From contig JAUXSB010000037.1 in NCBI GenBank assembly GCA_030681595.1, positions 232,648 through 296,647 on the forward strand: a DNA stretch of 64,000 bases. Direction: 5' to 3'. The translations under genes and the position numbers were made by a program. Source of the stretch: Candidatus Omnitrophota bacterium (lineage in GTDB: Bacteria > Omnitrophota > Gorgyraeia > Ghiorseimicrobiales > Ghiorseimicrobiaceae). The notes under the pieces are model-generated. The model searched no databases. It was not told the DNA's origin and was given only the letters and a program-made list of their open reading frames with translations. Positions 46,224 to 55,713 of this stretch are shown here, piece after piece (positions within the stretch are counted from its first letter, which is position 1; each line of letters starts with the position of its first letter).

Positions 46224-47813
46224 CTACTCCTTTTCTTGGGCTAACGTCATATCTAAGAAACTACGCAGACGCCTTGAACGCGTAGGATGCCTGAGTTTCT
46301 TTAGCGCCTTTGCTTCTATTTGCCTGACCCGCTCGCGGGTTACCCGAAAAACCTTTCCCACTTCTTCCAAGGTATGCGCGCAACCATCTTTTAAACCGAA
46401 CCGAAGTATCAGGATTTTTTTCTCACGCTCAGTCAATCCTCCTAACGCAGAATCCATTTCTTCTCTCAGCATTGCCTTTAAAGTTGCGTTTGCAGGAGAA
46501 ACCGCCTTTTTATCTTCTATAAAATCTCCAAAACGCGTATCGCCGTCATCGCCTATAGGTGTTTGCAAAGATATCGGCTCCTGAGCAATCTTCAAGATGC
46601 CTTTTACTTTTCCTATCGGCAGGCGGACTTGCCTGGCGATTTCTTCCGGTTGCGGCTCGCGCCCATTTTCCTGCACGAACATTCGCGAAACACGGATAAT
46701 CTTATTTATAGTCTCCGTCATATGCACGGGAATCCTGATTGTGCGCGCCTGGTCTGCGATAGAACGGGTAATCGCCTGCCTTATCCACCAAGTAGCATAG
46801 GTAGAAAACTTATATCCGCGCCTGTATTCAAATTTCTCGACTGCGCGCATCAAACCTATATTACCCTCCTGAATTAAATCCAAAAACGACAGCCCTCTGT
46901 TCGTGTATTTTTTGGCAATACTTACCACCAGCCTCAAGTTCGCCTCTACCAGCTTCTTTTTTGCGCGGGTAAACTTTGCCTGCCGTAATTTAATATCCCT
47001 TAAAACATCTTTCATCTTTTGCGAAGGCATACCGAACTTGTTAACAATTCTTTCTTCCTTTTGTTTAAAACCGCTAATAGAACCGCGTATTCCCAGCCGC
47101 CGGGCACGATTGATTTCTTTGTTAATAACATCCAGTTCTTTAAAGTAAGCGACTAACGACTTTACGATCTTTTCAGTAACCGAAGTAATAAAATTAATCT
47201 TAGAAAACAACTGGATTATTTTTTCGGAGCTGCGCGCATGTTTTATCTTTCTGGCAAGATGGCAAATTCTCCTATACGCCAATTCCTTCTTAATGCCTAC
47301 CTCTTCTTTCAGCATTTCTTCAAGGTTTAGCTCCTTATCTAAAATTTTATTAATTATATTGAGTAATTCATGGCGGGCAAATTTAGTGGATAAAACTATT
47401 TGTTTAAACTTATTTTCCGCCTCCTCTATTTTCTGCGCAATCGCCAGCTCATCTTCCCGGGAAAGAAGGGAAATGGACCCCATCTGTTTTAGATACATTT
47501 TAACCGGATCATCAAGAGGCATAAATTTTTCTGATAGCGGACGGGGCTCCACTTTAGCCTCAACCTCTTCTGCTTCTTCCTCAGCCGGGACCTCTTCTTT
47601 TGAAGGCTCGGGATCTTCGTCCTTAAGCGCCTCTTGCGAATTAACCACCTGAATATCTTCATTTCCCAAGGTATCAAATATTAAGTCAATATCCCGCGCG
47701 GAAACGATATCATCAGACAATAGTTCATTTACCTCGTCGTAAGTTAAAAAACCTTTTTGCTTACCTAAGGCAATAATTTTTCCTAAGTCATGTTTTATAG
47801 CCATTTTTTCCAT
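46224..47813 (-). CDS. rpoD: RNA polymerase sigma-70 factor RpoD.
   Basis: Regions 1.1 to 4 are present ([32 protein letters not shown]). Confidence 0.95.
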   Translation of the reverse strand: MEKMAIKHDLGKIIALGKQKGFLTYDEVNELLSDDIVSARDIDLIFDTLGNEDIQVVNSQEALKDEDPEPSKEEVPAEEEAEEVEAKVEPRPLSEKFMPLDDPVKMYLKQMGSISLLSREDELAIAQKIEEAENKFKQIVLSTKFARHELLNIINKILDKELNLEEMLKEEVGIKKELAYRRICHLARKIKHARSSEKIIQLFSKINFITSVTEKIVKSLVAYFKELDVINKEINRARRLGIRGSISGFKQKEERIVNKFGMPSQKMKDVLRDIKLRQAKFTRAKKKLVEANLRLVVSIAKKYTNRGLSFLDLIQEGNIGLMRAVEKFEYRRGYKFSTYATWWIRQAITRSIADQARTIRIPVHMTETINKIIRVSRMFVQENGREPQPEEIARQVRLPIGKVKGILKIAQEPISLQTPIGDDGDTRFGDFIEDKKAVSPANATLKAMLREEMDSALGGLTEREKKILILRFGLKDGCAHTLEEVGKVFRVTRERVRQIEAKALKKLRHPTRSRRLRSFLDMTLAQEKE

Positions 47814-47814
47814 G

Positions 47815-49599
47815 TCAGAATACCTTTCCTTTTACTAAATCATTAAATTCATGCAATAGATGCGTAAGGCGGGCTTGATCATTTAACCTCTGCGCGTCTT
47901 TTATCGCCTCACAAAGCTTGTCACGCGTGTTTCTTGTGCCCTGTTTTTTAAGGCGTGCCACGCATTCTTTTACCGCCTTTTCCCTATCAATCATTTCTTC
48001 TTCTTTTGTGCTTAATTCGCACACCAAAGACGAAATTTCCGCATCATCTGAAAAATGATGCAGCAGTTTATGAGGATCTATGGTTTTGCCTAACCGCACC
48101 AACTCAAATACAGTCGCCATTATTTTACCTAATTGCCTGTCTTGAAAATCACCGGGGGATATGTCAGCACTTATTTTATGAATAAGTTCCTCTTCCTGCA
48201 ATATAAGCCCGACTAAAAGCTTCTCAAAAGCAATGGGATTATTTTGAAATTTGGCCAGCCTATTTTTATCCCTGTCCGCGGACATCGCAAAATCAGTATA
48301 CTTACTTTTTATTTTTGCCGCTTCCTGCATAATGGCAGATTCAGGTACCGACAACTCCTCGGATAATCTGCGCAAATAATCCATTTTGACTACCGCGTTG
48401 GCAAGCTTATTAATAGTAACCAGCATTTCATCTATAATCTTTGCTTTTTTTTGGATATCGCCTGAGCCATAGTGAGATTTTAGGAATTCCAACTTATAAT
48501 CAAATAAGTCACGCGCATTATCAACCCTATCTTTAAAAGCGCCTACGCCAAATTTTCTCATAAACAAATCCGGGTCATAACCCTTATCCAGGCTAACAAT
48601 CCTAACACCCATACCCTCCTCAATAAATAAATCCAGGCTCCGCAAAGTTGCCAACTCGCCGGCCGGATCACTATCATACATTAATACTACGTTATGGGTA
48701 TAGCGCTTTATCAGGCGGATTTGCTGCTTGGTTAAAGCCGTGCCTAATGAAGCAACAATATTATCTATTCCGTGAGCATAGGGAATAAAAAAATCCATAT
48801 AGCCTTCAACGATAAGGCAAGAATCCTTTTCTCTTATAGCGTCCTTAGAAAAATTCAGCCCGTATAAATGGCTGCCCTTGACGTAAATGGGGCTTTCCGG
48901 TGAATTTATATATTTGGGCAAGCTATTATCCAATACCCGAGCACCGAAACCTAAAACAATACCCCGAATATCAAAAATCGGAAAAATTATCCTTTTTCGG
49001 AACCGGTCATAAAACCCGCCTTTGTCATTATTGATTATCAAGCCGAGTTGATTAGCCGGCGCGGGATTTATGCCTTTAGTTTTTAAATATTCAAGCAGGC
49101 TATCCCATTTATCTACGGCAAAGCCAAGGCGCATATTCTTAACCGCCGCTTCGTTTACACCCCTTTGCTTTAGATAATCCCGGGCTAAAGCCGCATCAGA
49201 TAAACTTAGCAAATTCTTATGGTAAAAGAATGACGACAACTCATTGATTTTAGCAAGTTTTGTTTTTACGCTTACATCTTCCCTTTTAAACCCGGACGCA
49301 GAATGTTCAATCTCCACGCCGGCTTTTTTTGCCAGCATATCTATGGCTTCTAAAAAATCGACCTTTTCATACTGCATGACGAAACTTAAAGCGTTTCCGC
49401 CGGCATTACAGCCGAAACAATGATAAATCTGCTTATCGGGGCTGATCATAAAGGATGGTGTTTTTTCGTGATGAAACGGGCATAGCGCGCGTAAATTACG
49501 CCCCGCCCGTTTTAAAGGGATATAAGAAGAAACTACTTCAACAATGTCTACTCTATCCAGAATGCTTTCGATGGTTTCGGCAGGTATAATGCCAGGCAT
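47815..49599 (-). CDS. dnaG: DNA primase DnaG.
   Basis: [11 protein letters not shown] zinc finger and a TOPRIM EGYMD motif. Confidence 0.95.
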   Translation of the reverse strand: MPGIIPAETIESILDRVDIVEVVSSYIPLKRAGRNLRALCPFHHEKTPSFMISPDKQIYHCFGCNAGGNALSFVMQYEKVDFLEAIDMLAKKAGVEIEHSASGFKREDVSVKTKLAKINELSSFFYHKNLLSLSDAALARDYLKQRGVNEAAVKNMRLGFAVDKWDSLLEYLKTKGINPAPANQLGLIINNDKGGFYDRFRKRIIFPIFDIRGIVLGFGARVLDNSLPKYINSPESPIYVKGSHLYGLNFSKDAIREKDSCLIVEGYMDFFIPYAHGIDNIVASLGTALTKQQIRLIKRYTHNVVLMYDSDPAGELATLRSLDLFIEEGMGVRIVSLDKGYDPDLFMRKFGVGAFKDRVDNARDLFDYKLEFLKSHYGSGDIQKKAKIIDEMLVTINKLANAVVKMDYLRRLSEELSVPESAIMQEAAKIKSKYTDFAMSADRDKNRLAKFQNNPIAFEKLLVGLILQEEELIHKISADISPGDFQDRQLGKIMATVFELVRLGKTIDPHKLLHHFSDDAEISSLVCELSTKEEEMIDREKAVKECVARLKKQGTRNTRDKLCEAIKDAQRLNDQARLTHLLHEFNDLVKGKVF

Positions 49600-49648
49600 A
49601 TATATTTTGTGCGCGCTGAACTTAATTTATGGGGCGCGATTTATTTGG

Positions 49649-50599
49649 TTATCTTTTTATTCTACGGAATCCGGAAATTTCAAGGATGCTGAGTTTTTCT
49701 TTTTTCTCTATCTGGTCTAAAAGAAGATTGAGGCCCAAATTATCCGAACTGATGTGCCCGGCAACAATCACATTTATATTTTCATTTTTAGCTTTCGCAA
49801 AATGCTCTTCGCTTAAATGCATACAGACAAGCGTGCTTACGCCGGCTGACGACAATCTCGGGAAAATCTCCTTTGAGCCTTCTGTGCCGCCGGTCATATC
49901 TACAAAAATTTTTCCGCAGCTGCGCTTTGCATCCCCTAAAATAACCTTCGGGCCGTATTTATTTAACTCGGCAAATTTATACTCCGGAACGCTCTTTAAA
50001 ATCTTTAGTGCATCGCCTACTGTTTCCGGAATTCTCTCATCCATAAGGTGCTGCAAATAGCTCGCCACGCAATTGTCTGCCGGCGTATGTATGCACATAA
50101 AATTAACTCCCAAGAGCCTTGCGGTATCGCTTGCGCGCAAATGGTTCGCCGGCATAACCCGCCTCTCTACTTCACGCATCCTTTCCATTGTTAAACCCTC
50201 GGATACCCCGACAGGGACGCCAATCTTACTTAGAATATCGGACTGCATCTTCATCACTTCATAAAAACCGGCATAAGCGAAGCCTTCCGGATGATGAGCA
50301 ATAACCAAATCAATTTTTGTTTTTTGGCTCAAGCGATCGGCTACTAAAAGTTCAGGCGCTTCAATATCAATCCCCAATAAAACAGTTTTAACCTGTTTGT
50401 CTTGGCTGCCATTTAAAATACGCGTGTCGGCATAAGGGTTAGAAAGCGACTCCAAATCAAAGCTTTTTCTATCCTCATCTTTTAACTGAGCATATTCCTT
50501 CTTTGCCTTCTCAAATTCTTTCTCAACCTTGGCGTGGCCGCGGGGATCGTTATCTATCCCTACTTTCACTGCCAATTCGTATAATTTCCCTAACTTCAT
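49649..50599 (-). CDS. Nif3-family dinuclear metal centre protein.
   Basis: 316 aa with DLVIAHHP and AGHISSD motifs. Confidence 0.75.
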   Translation of the reverse strand: MKLGKLYELAVKVGIDNDPRGHAKVEKEFEKAKKEYAQLKDEDRKSFDLESLSNPYADTRILNGSQDKQVKTVLLGIDIEAPELLVADRLSQKTKIDLVIAHHPEGFAYAGFYEVMKMQSDILSKIGVPVGVSEGLTMERMREVERRVMPANHLRASDTARLLGVNFMCIHTPADNCVASYLQHLMDERIPETVGDALKILKSVPEYKFAELNKYGPKVILGDAKRSCGKIFVDMTGGTEGSKEIFPRLSSAGVSTLVCMHLSEEHFAKAKNENINVIVAGHISSDNLGLNLLLDQIEKKEKLSILEISGFRRIKR

Positions 50600-51165
50600 T
50601 CTTCCTCCACAAGCTTAAACAATCTCCGGTTTAGCCTTTCGTCAGGAGAAAATTTAGCAATGATATTCTCAAAAACAAATTTGTAAACATTAGGTGACGC
50701 GCAAGTAAGCCTATTCCCAAAATACGACTGGCGGATACTACCGGTTAAGTAACTGCCGTTCCACATAAGTAAAAATATAAAAATAATACTTGAAAGTAAA
50801 ATACCGCGTAAAAAACCCAATATTGCGCCACCCCAGGTCTTTAATAAACCCGCTGTCTCGACCTTAACAATAGTTAATATGCTCTGCCTGCCAAGAGTAA
50901 AACCTACCCATATCAAAAAAGATATAAATATGTATGAAAATATATAACAGCCCTCGGGCAGGGCAGGAGTATTATTAGCCAAGAAATCACCCAGCGGCGA
51001 ATAATAATGTAAGGTAAAATAAGAGATGAGAACAAGCCCCAATGTTTTAAAAAGCTCTATTACAACACCTTCCTTTATACCTATATAAACTCCGCGGAAC
51101 ATAACGGGCATAAAGAGCAGCACATCTATCCAATTAAACTGTGTCAAAGTAGCACTTGGTATCAC
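50596..51165 (-). CDS. CvpA-family membrane protein.
   Basis: Four transmembrane helices, 189 aa. Confidence 0.6.
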   Translation of the reverse strand: MIPSATLTQFNWIDVLLFMPVMFRGVYIGIKEGVVIELFKTLGLVLISYFTLHYYSPLGDFLANNTPALPEGCYIFSYIFISFLIWVGFTLGRQSILTIVKVETAGLLKTWGGAILGFLRGILLSSIIFIFLLMWNGSYLTGSIRQSYFGNRLTCASPNVYKFVFENIIAKFSPDERLNRRLFKLVEEE

Positions 51166-51241
51166 AATTTCCTCCTTCGGCTTTGAGGTATAATTGCTAA
51201 GTATAACATATATTTAGAGTTTTTTCAAGAGGAGGGCCAAA

Positions 51242-51472
51242 TTATTCTATTTCCGCCAATGCCTCGCCAACGCGCACATTTTCGCCTTCGCGAAAAAGGA
51301 TTTTTTTGATTACACCGGAGTAATTTGCAGGCACATTGAAGGTAGCCTTATCAGTAACCATTTCCACAACGTCTTCTCCCTCTTTGACTTGCGCTCCTTC
51401 ATCCAAAAGCCAATAAGAAACAGTGGCCTTTTCAATACCTTCACCCAATTCCGGCAAAACTAATTTGTTCAT
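51242..51472 (-). CDS. Stand-alone lipoyl-attachment domain protein (E2-type lipoyl domain, 76 aa).
   Basis: VEMVTDKATFNVPA with the lipoyl-lysine in a DKA context. Confidence 0.65.
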   Translation of the reverse strand: MNKLVLPELGEGIEKATVSYWLLDEGAQVKEGEDVVEMVTDKATFNVPANYSGVIKKILFREGENVRVGEALAEIE

Positions 51473-51485
51473 AATTCATCTCTCC

Positions 51486-51580
51486 CTTCGTTTATGGCTT
51501 TGGCTAAGCGGAAAGCCAAACCATTGCCTTACCGGCTTATGGCTTTGGCTAAGCGGAAAGCCAAACCATTGCCTTACCGA
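51486..51580. repeat. Two tandem copies of a 47-bp REP-like hairpin element.
   Basis: ttatggctttggctaagcggaaagccaaaccattgccttaccg(g/a)c repeated twice between the lipoyl-domain gene and lipB. Confidence 0.7.
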
Positions 51581-51581
51581 C

Positions 51582-52244
51582 TTACCCGCAATCCTTATAA
51601 AATAATTTAATAAACTCATCCTTCAACTTTATTTTCACATCAGACATATCAATAAAACCGCCTAAAAGTTGACTTAATGAGGTCGTTTTTCCCCCTTTTA
51701 AACCGCAGGGGTTTATAAGCAGGAAACGGCTTAAATCGGGGTCAACATTAAGGCTTAACCCATGATAGCTTACCCAATGGCTAAACGCGATGCCGATAGA
51801 AGAGATCTTTTCATCATCAACCCATACGCCGGTTTTTCCTGACTTTAGTGAGCCGGAAATACCGTAACGTTTAAGTAAATTTATTACGGCACACTCAAGC
51901 CTCCTTAAAAAAAGGTGCACATCCCTTATGCTTTTGCGTAAATCAAATATCGGGTAAGCGATTAACTGCCCTTTCCCATGATAAGTTACATCACCGCCCC
52001 TGTCGCTAAAAACTACTTTTATATTTTTTTTAAGCAGCTCTTCCCGGCCGGCAATGACATTAGAAATGCTACCCCGCCTTCCAATGGTAATAATATCGTA
52101 ATGCTGGCAAAAAATAAGGGTATCCGGATATAAACCGTTTATTACGCCGGAAACAATTTCTTTCTGTTTCGCTAAAGCTTCCTGATAATCAATTAAGCCA
52201 AGGTCTAAAAGATTAAGCCCCGTTAGAGATAACTTATGTAACAT
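51582..52244 (-). CDS. lipB: Octanoyltransferase LipB.
   Basis: 220 aa LipB family (RGGDVTYHGKGQL). Confidence 0.85.
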   Translation of the reverse strand: MLHKLSLTGLNLLDLGLIDYQEALAKQKEIVSGVINGLYPDTLIFCQHYDIITIGRRGSISNVIAGREELLKKNIKVVFSDRGGDVTYHGKGQLIAYPIFDLRKSIRDVHLFLRRLECAVINLLKRYGISGSLKSGKTGVWVDDEKISSIGIAFSHWVSYHGLSLNVDPDLSRFLLINPCGLKGGKTTSLSQLLGGFIDMSDVKIKLKDEFIKLFYKDCG

Positions 52245-52299
52245 TTATATCTTATAGTCGTTTTTTTGGAGACACTTAAGCACTTAAAACCCTTTTCCC

Positions 52300-53646
52300 T
52301 TATAGACGTCCCGAAGTTTCGGGACTATCTCTAACGGGGTAAGTTGCGCAGAAACCATCGATCGCCTCGTATATAGACTCAGACAAGGTAGGATGCGCAA
52401 AAATTGTCTGCCGTATATTGGAAACCGTAAGCTTGTTTTTTACGGCTAAGCCTAAAGAAGAAATTAATTCAGTGGCCCCTAAACCGAAAATAACTGCCCC
52501 GAGAATCTCTTCGTTTTGGCTATTTACGGTGATTTTCACAAAGCCGTCGCTCTGGCCTTTTACGTGTGCCATGCCCAGGCCCAGATAACTAAATTTTGCC
52601 GTTTTTACGCCATACCCTGCCTGCCTGGCCTTTTCCTCAGTCAAACCAACGCTGGCTATCTCTGGATTGGTAAATATGCAGCCGGGCACAACGCTCAAAT
52701 CGCACTTGATATCTTTACCTAGGATATTTTCTATTGCAAGCCTTCCCTGATATGCGGCTACATGCGCCAACTGCAGAGAACCATTGCAATCACCCACCGC
52801 ATATATATTAGCGATATTAGTACGCAGGTATTCATCAACGGATATCCTGCCTTTATCGCATTTAACCTGCGCCTCATCTAAGCCTAAACCTTCTACGTTT
52901 GCAGCACGCCCCACACACAATAAGACTTTTTCAAACTGTTTTAGGTCTAATGTGTTAAAATCTTTACCGGTAAAAACATCTACCCCCTTCTTCTTAAAGA
53001 CCATCTGCATTTTTACCGAAACTTCCTTATCTTCGGTTATAAGGATGCGTTCTAAGATTTCCGTAATCGTAACCTTAGCACCTAATTCAGCATAAATATT
53101 GGCAAACTCGCAGCCGATTACGCCGCCGCCTATAATCAAAAGGCTCTTGGGAATACTTTTTAGATTTAATAAATCCGTGCTTGATAAAATATGCACACCG
53201 TCGAATTTTAAATTAGGCAGGCTCCTCGGCCGGGAACCCGAGGCAATAACAATATTTTTTGCCTCCAATATTTCTCCTTTTACGCTAACATGCGCGGAAT
53301 CGACTAACTTTGCATCACCGTATATGAGGTTTATTTTTTTTGCCCGGATGATACTGCCTATCCCCTGGCGCAGCCTTGCGATTATTGCCTCTTTACGGAT
53401 ATTAATTTTTTCAAAGTTTATCTTGGCGGAATCGATATCAATGCCAAACTCGGAGGAATGTTTAATATCATAAAAATGTCCCGCGCTTGTTACCAATATT
53501 TTAGTAGGAATGCACCCATAATTAAGGCAGGTGCCGCCTAAAATATCCTTCTCTATCAGCGCGGCCGATAAACCATGCCGTGCTGCGTGAAATGCGGCGT
53601 TGAACCCGCCCCATCCTGAACCGATTACAATGACATCATATTTCAT
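52300..53646 (-). CDS. lpdA: Dihydrolipoyl dehydrogenase.
   Basis: GGTCLNYGCIPTK redox-active disulfide and an FAD/NAD fold, 448 aa. Confidence 0.9.
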   Translation of the reverse strand: MKYDVIVIGSGWGGFNAAFHAARHGLSAALIEKDILGGTCLNYGCIPTKILVTSAGHFYDIKHSSEFGIDIDSAKINFEKINIRKEAIIARLRQGIGSIIRAKKINLIYGDAKLVDSAHVSVKGEILEAKNIVIASGSRPRSLPNLKFDGVHILSSTDLLNLKSIPKSLLIIGGGVIGCEFANIYAELGAKVTITEILERILITEDKEVSVKMQMVFKKKGVDVFTGKDFNTLDLKQFEKVLLCVGRAANVEGLGLDEAQVKCDKGRISVDEYLRTNIANIYAVGDCNGSLQLAHVAAYQGRLAIENILGKDIKCDLSVVPGCIFTNPEIASVGLTEEKARQAGYGVKTAKFSYLGLGMAHVKGQSDGFVKITVNSQNEEILGAVIFGLGATELISSLGLAVKNKLTVSNIRQTIFAHPTLSESIYEAIDGFCATYPVRDSPETSGRL

Positions 53647-54563
53647 GGCAGGTCTTTCATGCTGTTTTTTATTGCCGCCGCGCTTTTTTGTAAACTTAAT
53701 AATTCTTCTTTAGTTAAATCTAACTTTGGAATTTCGGATATTCCGTTTTTACCGATTTTAGCGGGAACGCCGACGGATACACCGGTAATTCCGTATTCAC
53801 CCTCGAGGCATACCGATACATAAATAGCTTCATTTGTGTCGTTAATAATCGCCTTGACAATCTGTAAAATTGCCGCCGAAGGCGCAAAATATGCGCTGCC
53901 TGAACCATAAAGGCCAACAATTTCCGCTCCCCGCCCAACAGTCTCCTTTTCCAGCTCCTTTGAAGCCTCGCTTGAAATAAGAGATGTAAGAGGCTTCCCT
54001 TTAACCATAGTCAACCGGGATAAAGCAAGCATATCCTCTCCGTGGGCACCAATAACTACGGGTTTTATATCACTGACAGCTAAATTTAATTTTTTAGCAA
54101 TAAGGTTGGCAAAACGCGAGCTGTCTAACCCGCCGCCCATGCCAAAAATGCGGCGCCTGTCCGTTTTAACCTTATTCAAAAAAAGATACGTCATTACGTC
54201 GACGGGGTTTGTTACAATTATGCAAATAGCATCTCTTGCTGACTGCTTTACGCTTAGAGCTATATCATTGATAATTTGGGCGTTCTTAGCTAAAAGCTCC
54301 TCGCGTTTCATGCCCGGACGGCGCGCAAATCCGGCTGTAACGACGACAATATCAGAACCGCTTAAGGCGCCAAAATCATCTGTGGCGGATATGGAATAAT
54401 CATTCCCCGCGGCATATCTAGCATCTTCCATATCCGATGCTTTTGCCAATGCCAAGTTCTTAGCGATATCGATAAGTAAAACCTGCCCCAAGTTATTTTC
54501 AGAAAGGCGCATAGCTGTCAAACCTCCGACATTGCCCGCGCCAATTACAGTTATCTTTTTCAC
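53643..54563 (-). CDS. mdh: Malate dehydrogenase (LDH-like family; Arg at the substrate-specificity position).
   Basis: ITVIGAGNVGG and AGFARRPGM motifs. Confidence 0.8.
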   Translation of the reverse strand: MKKITVIGAGNVGGLTAMRLSENNLGQVLLIDIAKNLALAKASDMEDARYAAGNDYSISATDDFGALSGSDIVVVTAGFARRPGMKREELLAKNAQIINDIALSVKQSARDAICIIVTNPVDVMTYLFLNKVKTDRRRIFGMGGGLDSSRFANLIAKKLNLAVSDIKPVVIGAHGEDMLALSRLTMVKGKPLTSLISSEASKELEKETVGRGAEIVGLYGSGSAYFAPSAAILQIVKAIINDTNEAIYVSVCLEGEYGITGVSVGVPAKIGKNGISEIPKLDLTKEELLSLQKSAAAIKNSMKDLP

Positions 54564-54624
54564 CTTATGGCCCTTTCTTGCGGATTACTCCGCGTTCATA
54601 AGAAGAATAAAAAAACGCAATCAC

Positions 54625-54945
54625 TTATTCTAAGTACATTTTTTCGATTTTTTTCAAGAATTCGGCAGGCGGATGAATAAACCTGATACCCATACCGGAG
54701 TTATTCTTTTCCTCGCAAACCCAAGCTACTTCTCCTAAAACCTTTATCTTCTCTTTCTCTACATGAAACACAAAATTCATCTCTATCAATGTACCCGGAC
54801 TTTCCAATAAATGCGTCTCAATAAAAATTCCGCCTAAACTAAGATTGCGCAATTTCTTAAACTGCAAGAATTTTCTTCCGCTGGCGTCAACAAAGATCGG
54901 CACGGGGAATCTTTTATGCTTTCTGCGTTCTTCAAAACCAGCCAT
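54625..54945 (-). CDS. PilZ domain protein.
   Basis: RRKHKRF ... LSLGGIFIET motif (RxxxR and D/NxSxGG). Confidence 0.65.
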   Translation of the reverse strand: MAGFEERRKHKRFPVPIFVDASGRKFLQFKKLRNLSLGGIFIETHLLESPGTLIEMNFVFHVEKEKIKVLGEVAWVCEEKNNSGMGIRFIHPPAEFLKKIEKMYLE

Positions 54946-54953
54946 TAGTCAAA

Positions 54954-55703
54954 TTACGGTTTATTAACAGACGGAAACTCTATGGTTAAACTCAAGTCTT
55001 TTCCTAAGTCTACGCTTAAAATTATCCTGCCTTCTTTCTTATTAACCATGCCTCCGGTAAAAGCAAAGTTTCTTTTACCTGTCGCATCTTCGGATTCTAT
55101 CGCTCCGATGATAAAATCTATCAACCGCAATATGCTTTCCGCGGGGATAATTTTCGATGAGTCCTTTAGCTTTATATGGAGGTTCTTTTTATCTTCGGAA
55201 ACATAGATCTCTAAATCCTTGCTTATATTTATAATCCTTCTGGCGCGGAAAACGGCTTCACTGATAATGCGTGAGATATCCCGTTGGCCGACAGCGCCTT
55301 TAACCAGATTCTTCAATTCCTCATTATTCCATGGTTTCTTTACAAACCTGTAAATATCGCCTTCGTTAATTGCGGAAATAATTGCCTCAACATCAGCATA
55401 GCCGCTCAAAAGAAAACGTATGGAATCAGGATAGCGGTTCCTTATTTCCTGCAATAACTCTGCCCCGCCCATTCCGGGCATCCGCTGGTCGGAAATCACT
55501 ATATCAACAGGAATGCTGGATATTTTTTGCAAAGCATCCTGCGCGCTATGGGCAATAGTTATTTCATAGGACGGGTCATCCCTGAATATACGGTATAGAG
55601 CATTAAGTATATTCTCTTCGTCGTCAACTAAAAGCAATTGGATTTTTTTTCCCGGCATCTTTTCCTCCTTCATTGTTTCCTTTAGGCTATCGCGATATAA
55701 CAT
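54954..55703 (-). CDS. Response regulator with a receiver domain and an uncharacterised C-terminal domain.
   Basis: LLVDDE ... receiver motifs; the C-terminal region of about 110 aa has no obvious DNA-binding motif. Confidence 0.75.
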   Translation of the reverse strand: MLYRDSLKETMKEEKMPGKKIQLLLVDDEENILNALYRIFRDDPSYEITIAHSAQDALQKISSIPVDIVISDQRMPGMGGAELLQEIRNRYPDSIRFLLSGYADVEAIISAINEGDIYRFVKKPWNNEELKNLVKGAVGQRDISRIISEAVFRARRIINISKDLEIYVSEDKKNLHIKLKDSSKIIPAESILRLIDFIIGAIESEDATGKRNFAFTGGMVNKKEGRIILSVDLGKDLSLTIEFPSVNKP

Positions 55704-55713
55704 GCGGCCTTCT

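Noticed and set aside
51486-51580. Possible CRISPR array.
   Set aside because: There are only two direct repeats of 47 bp, abutting with no spacer, and no cas genes. It fits the REP-like family instead.
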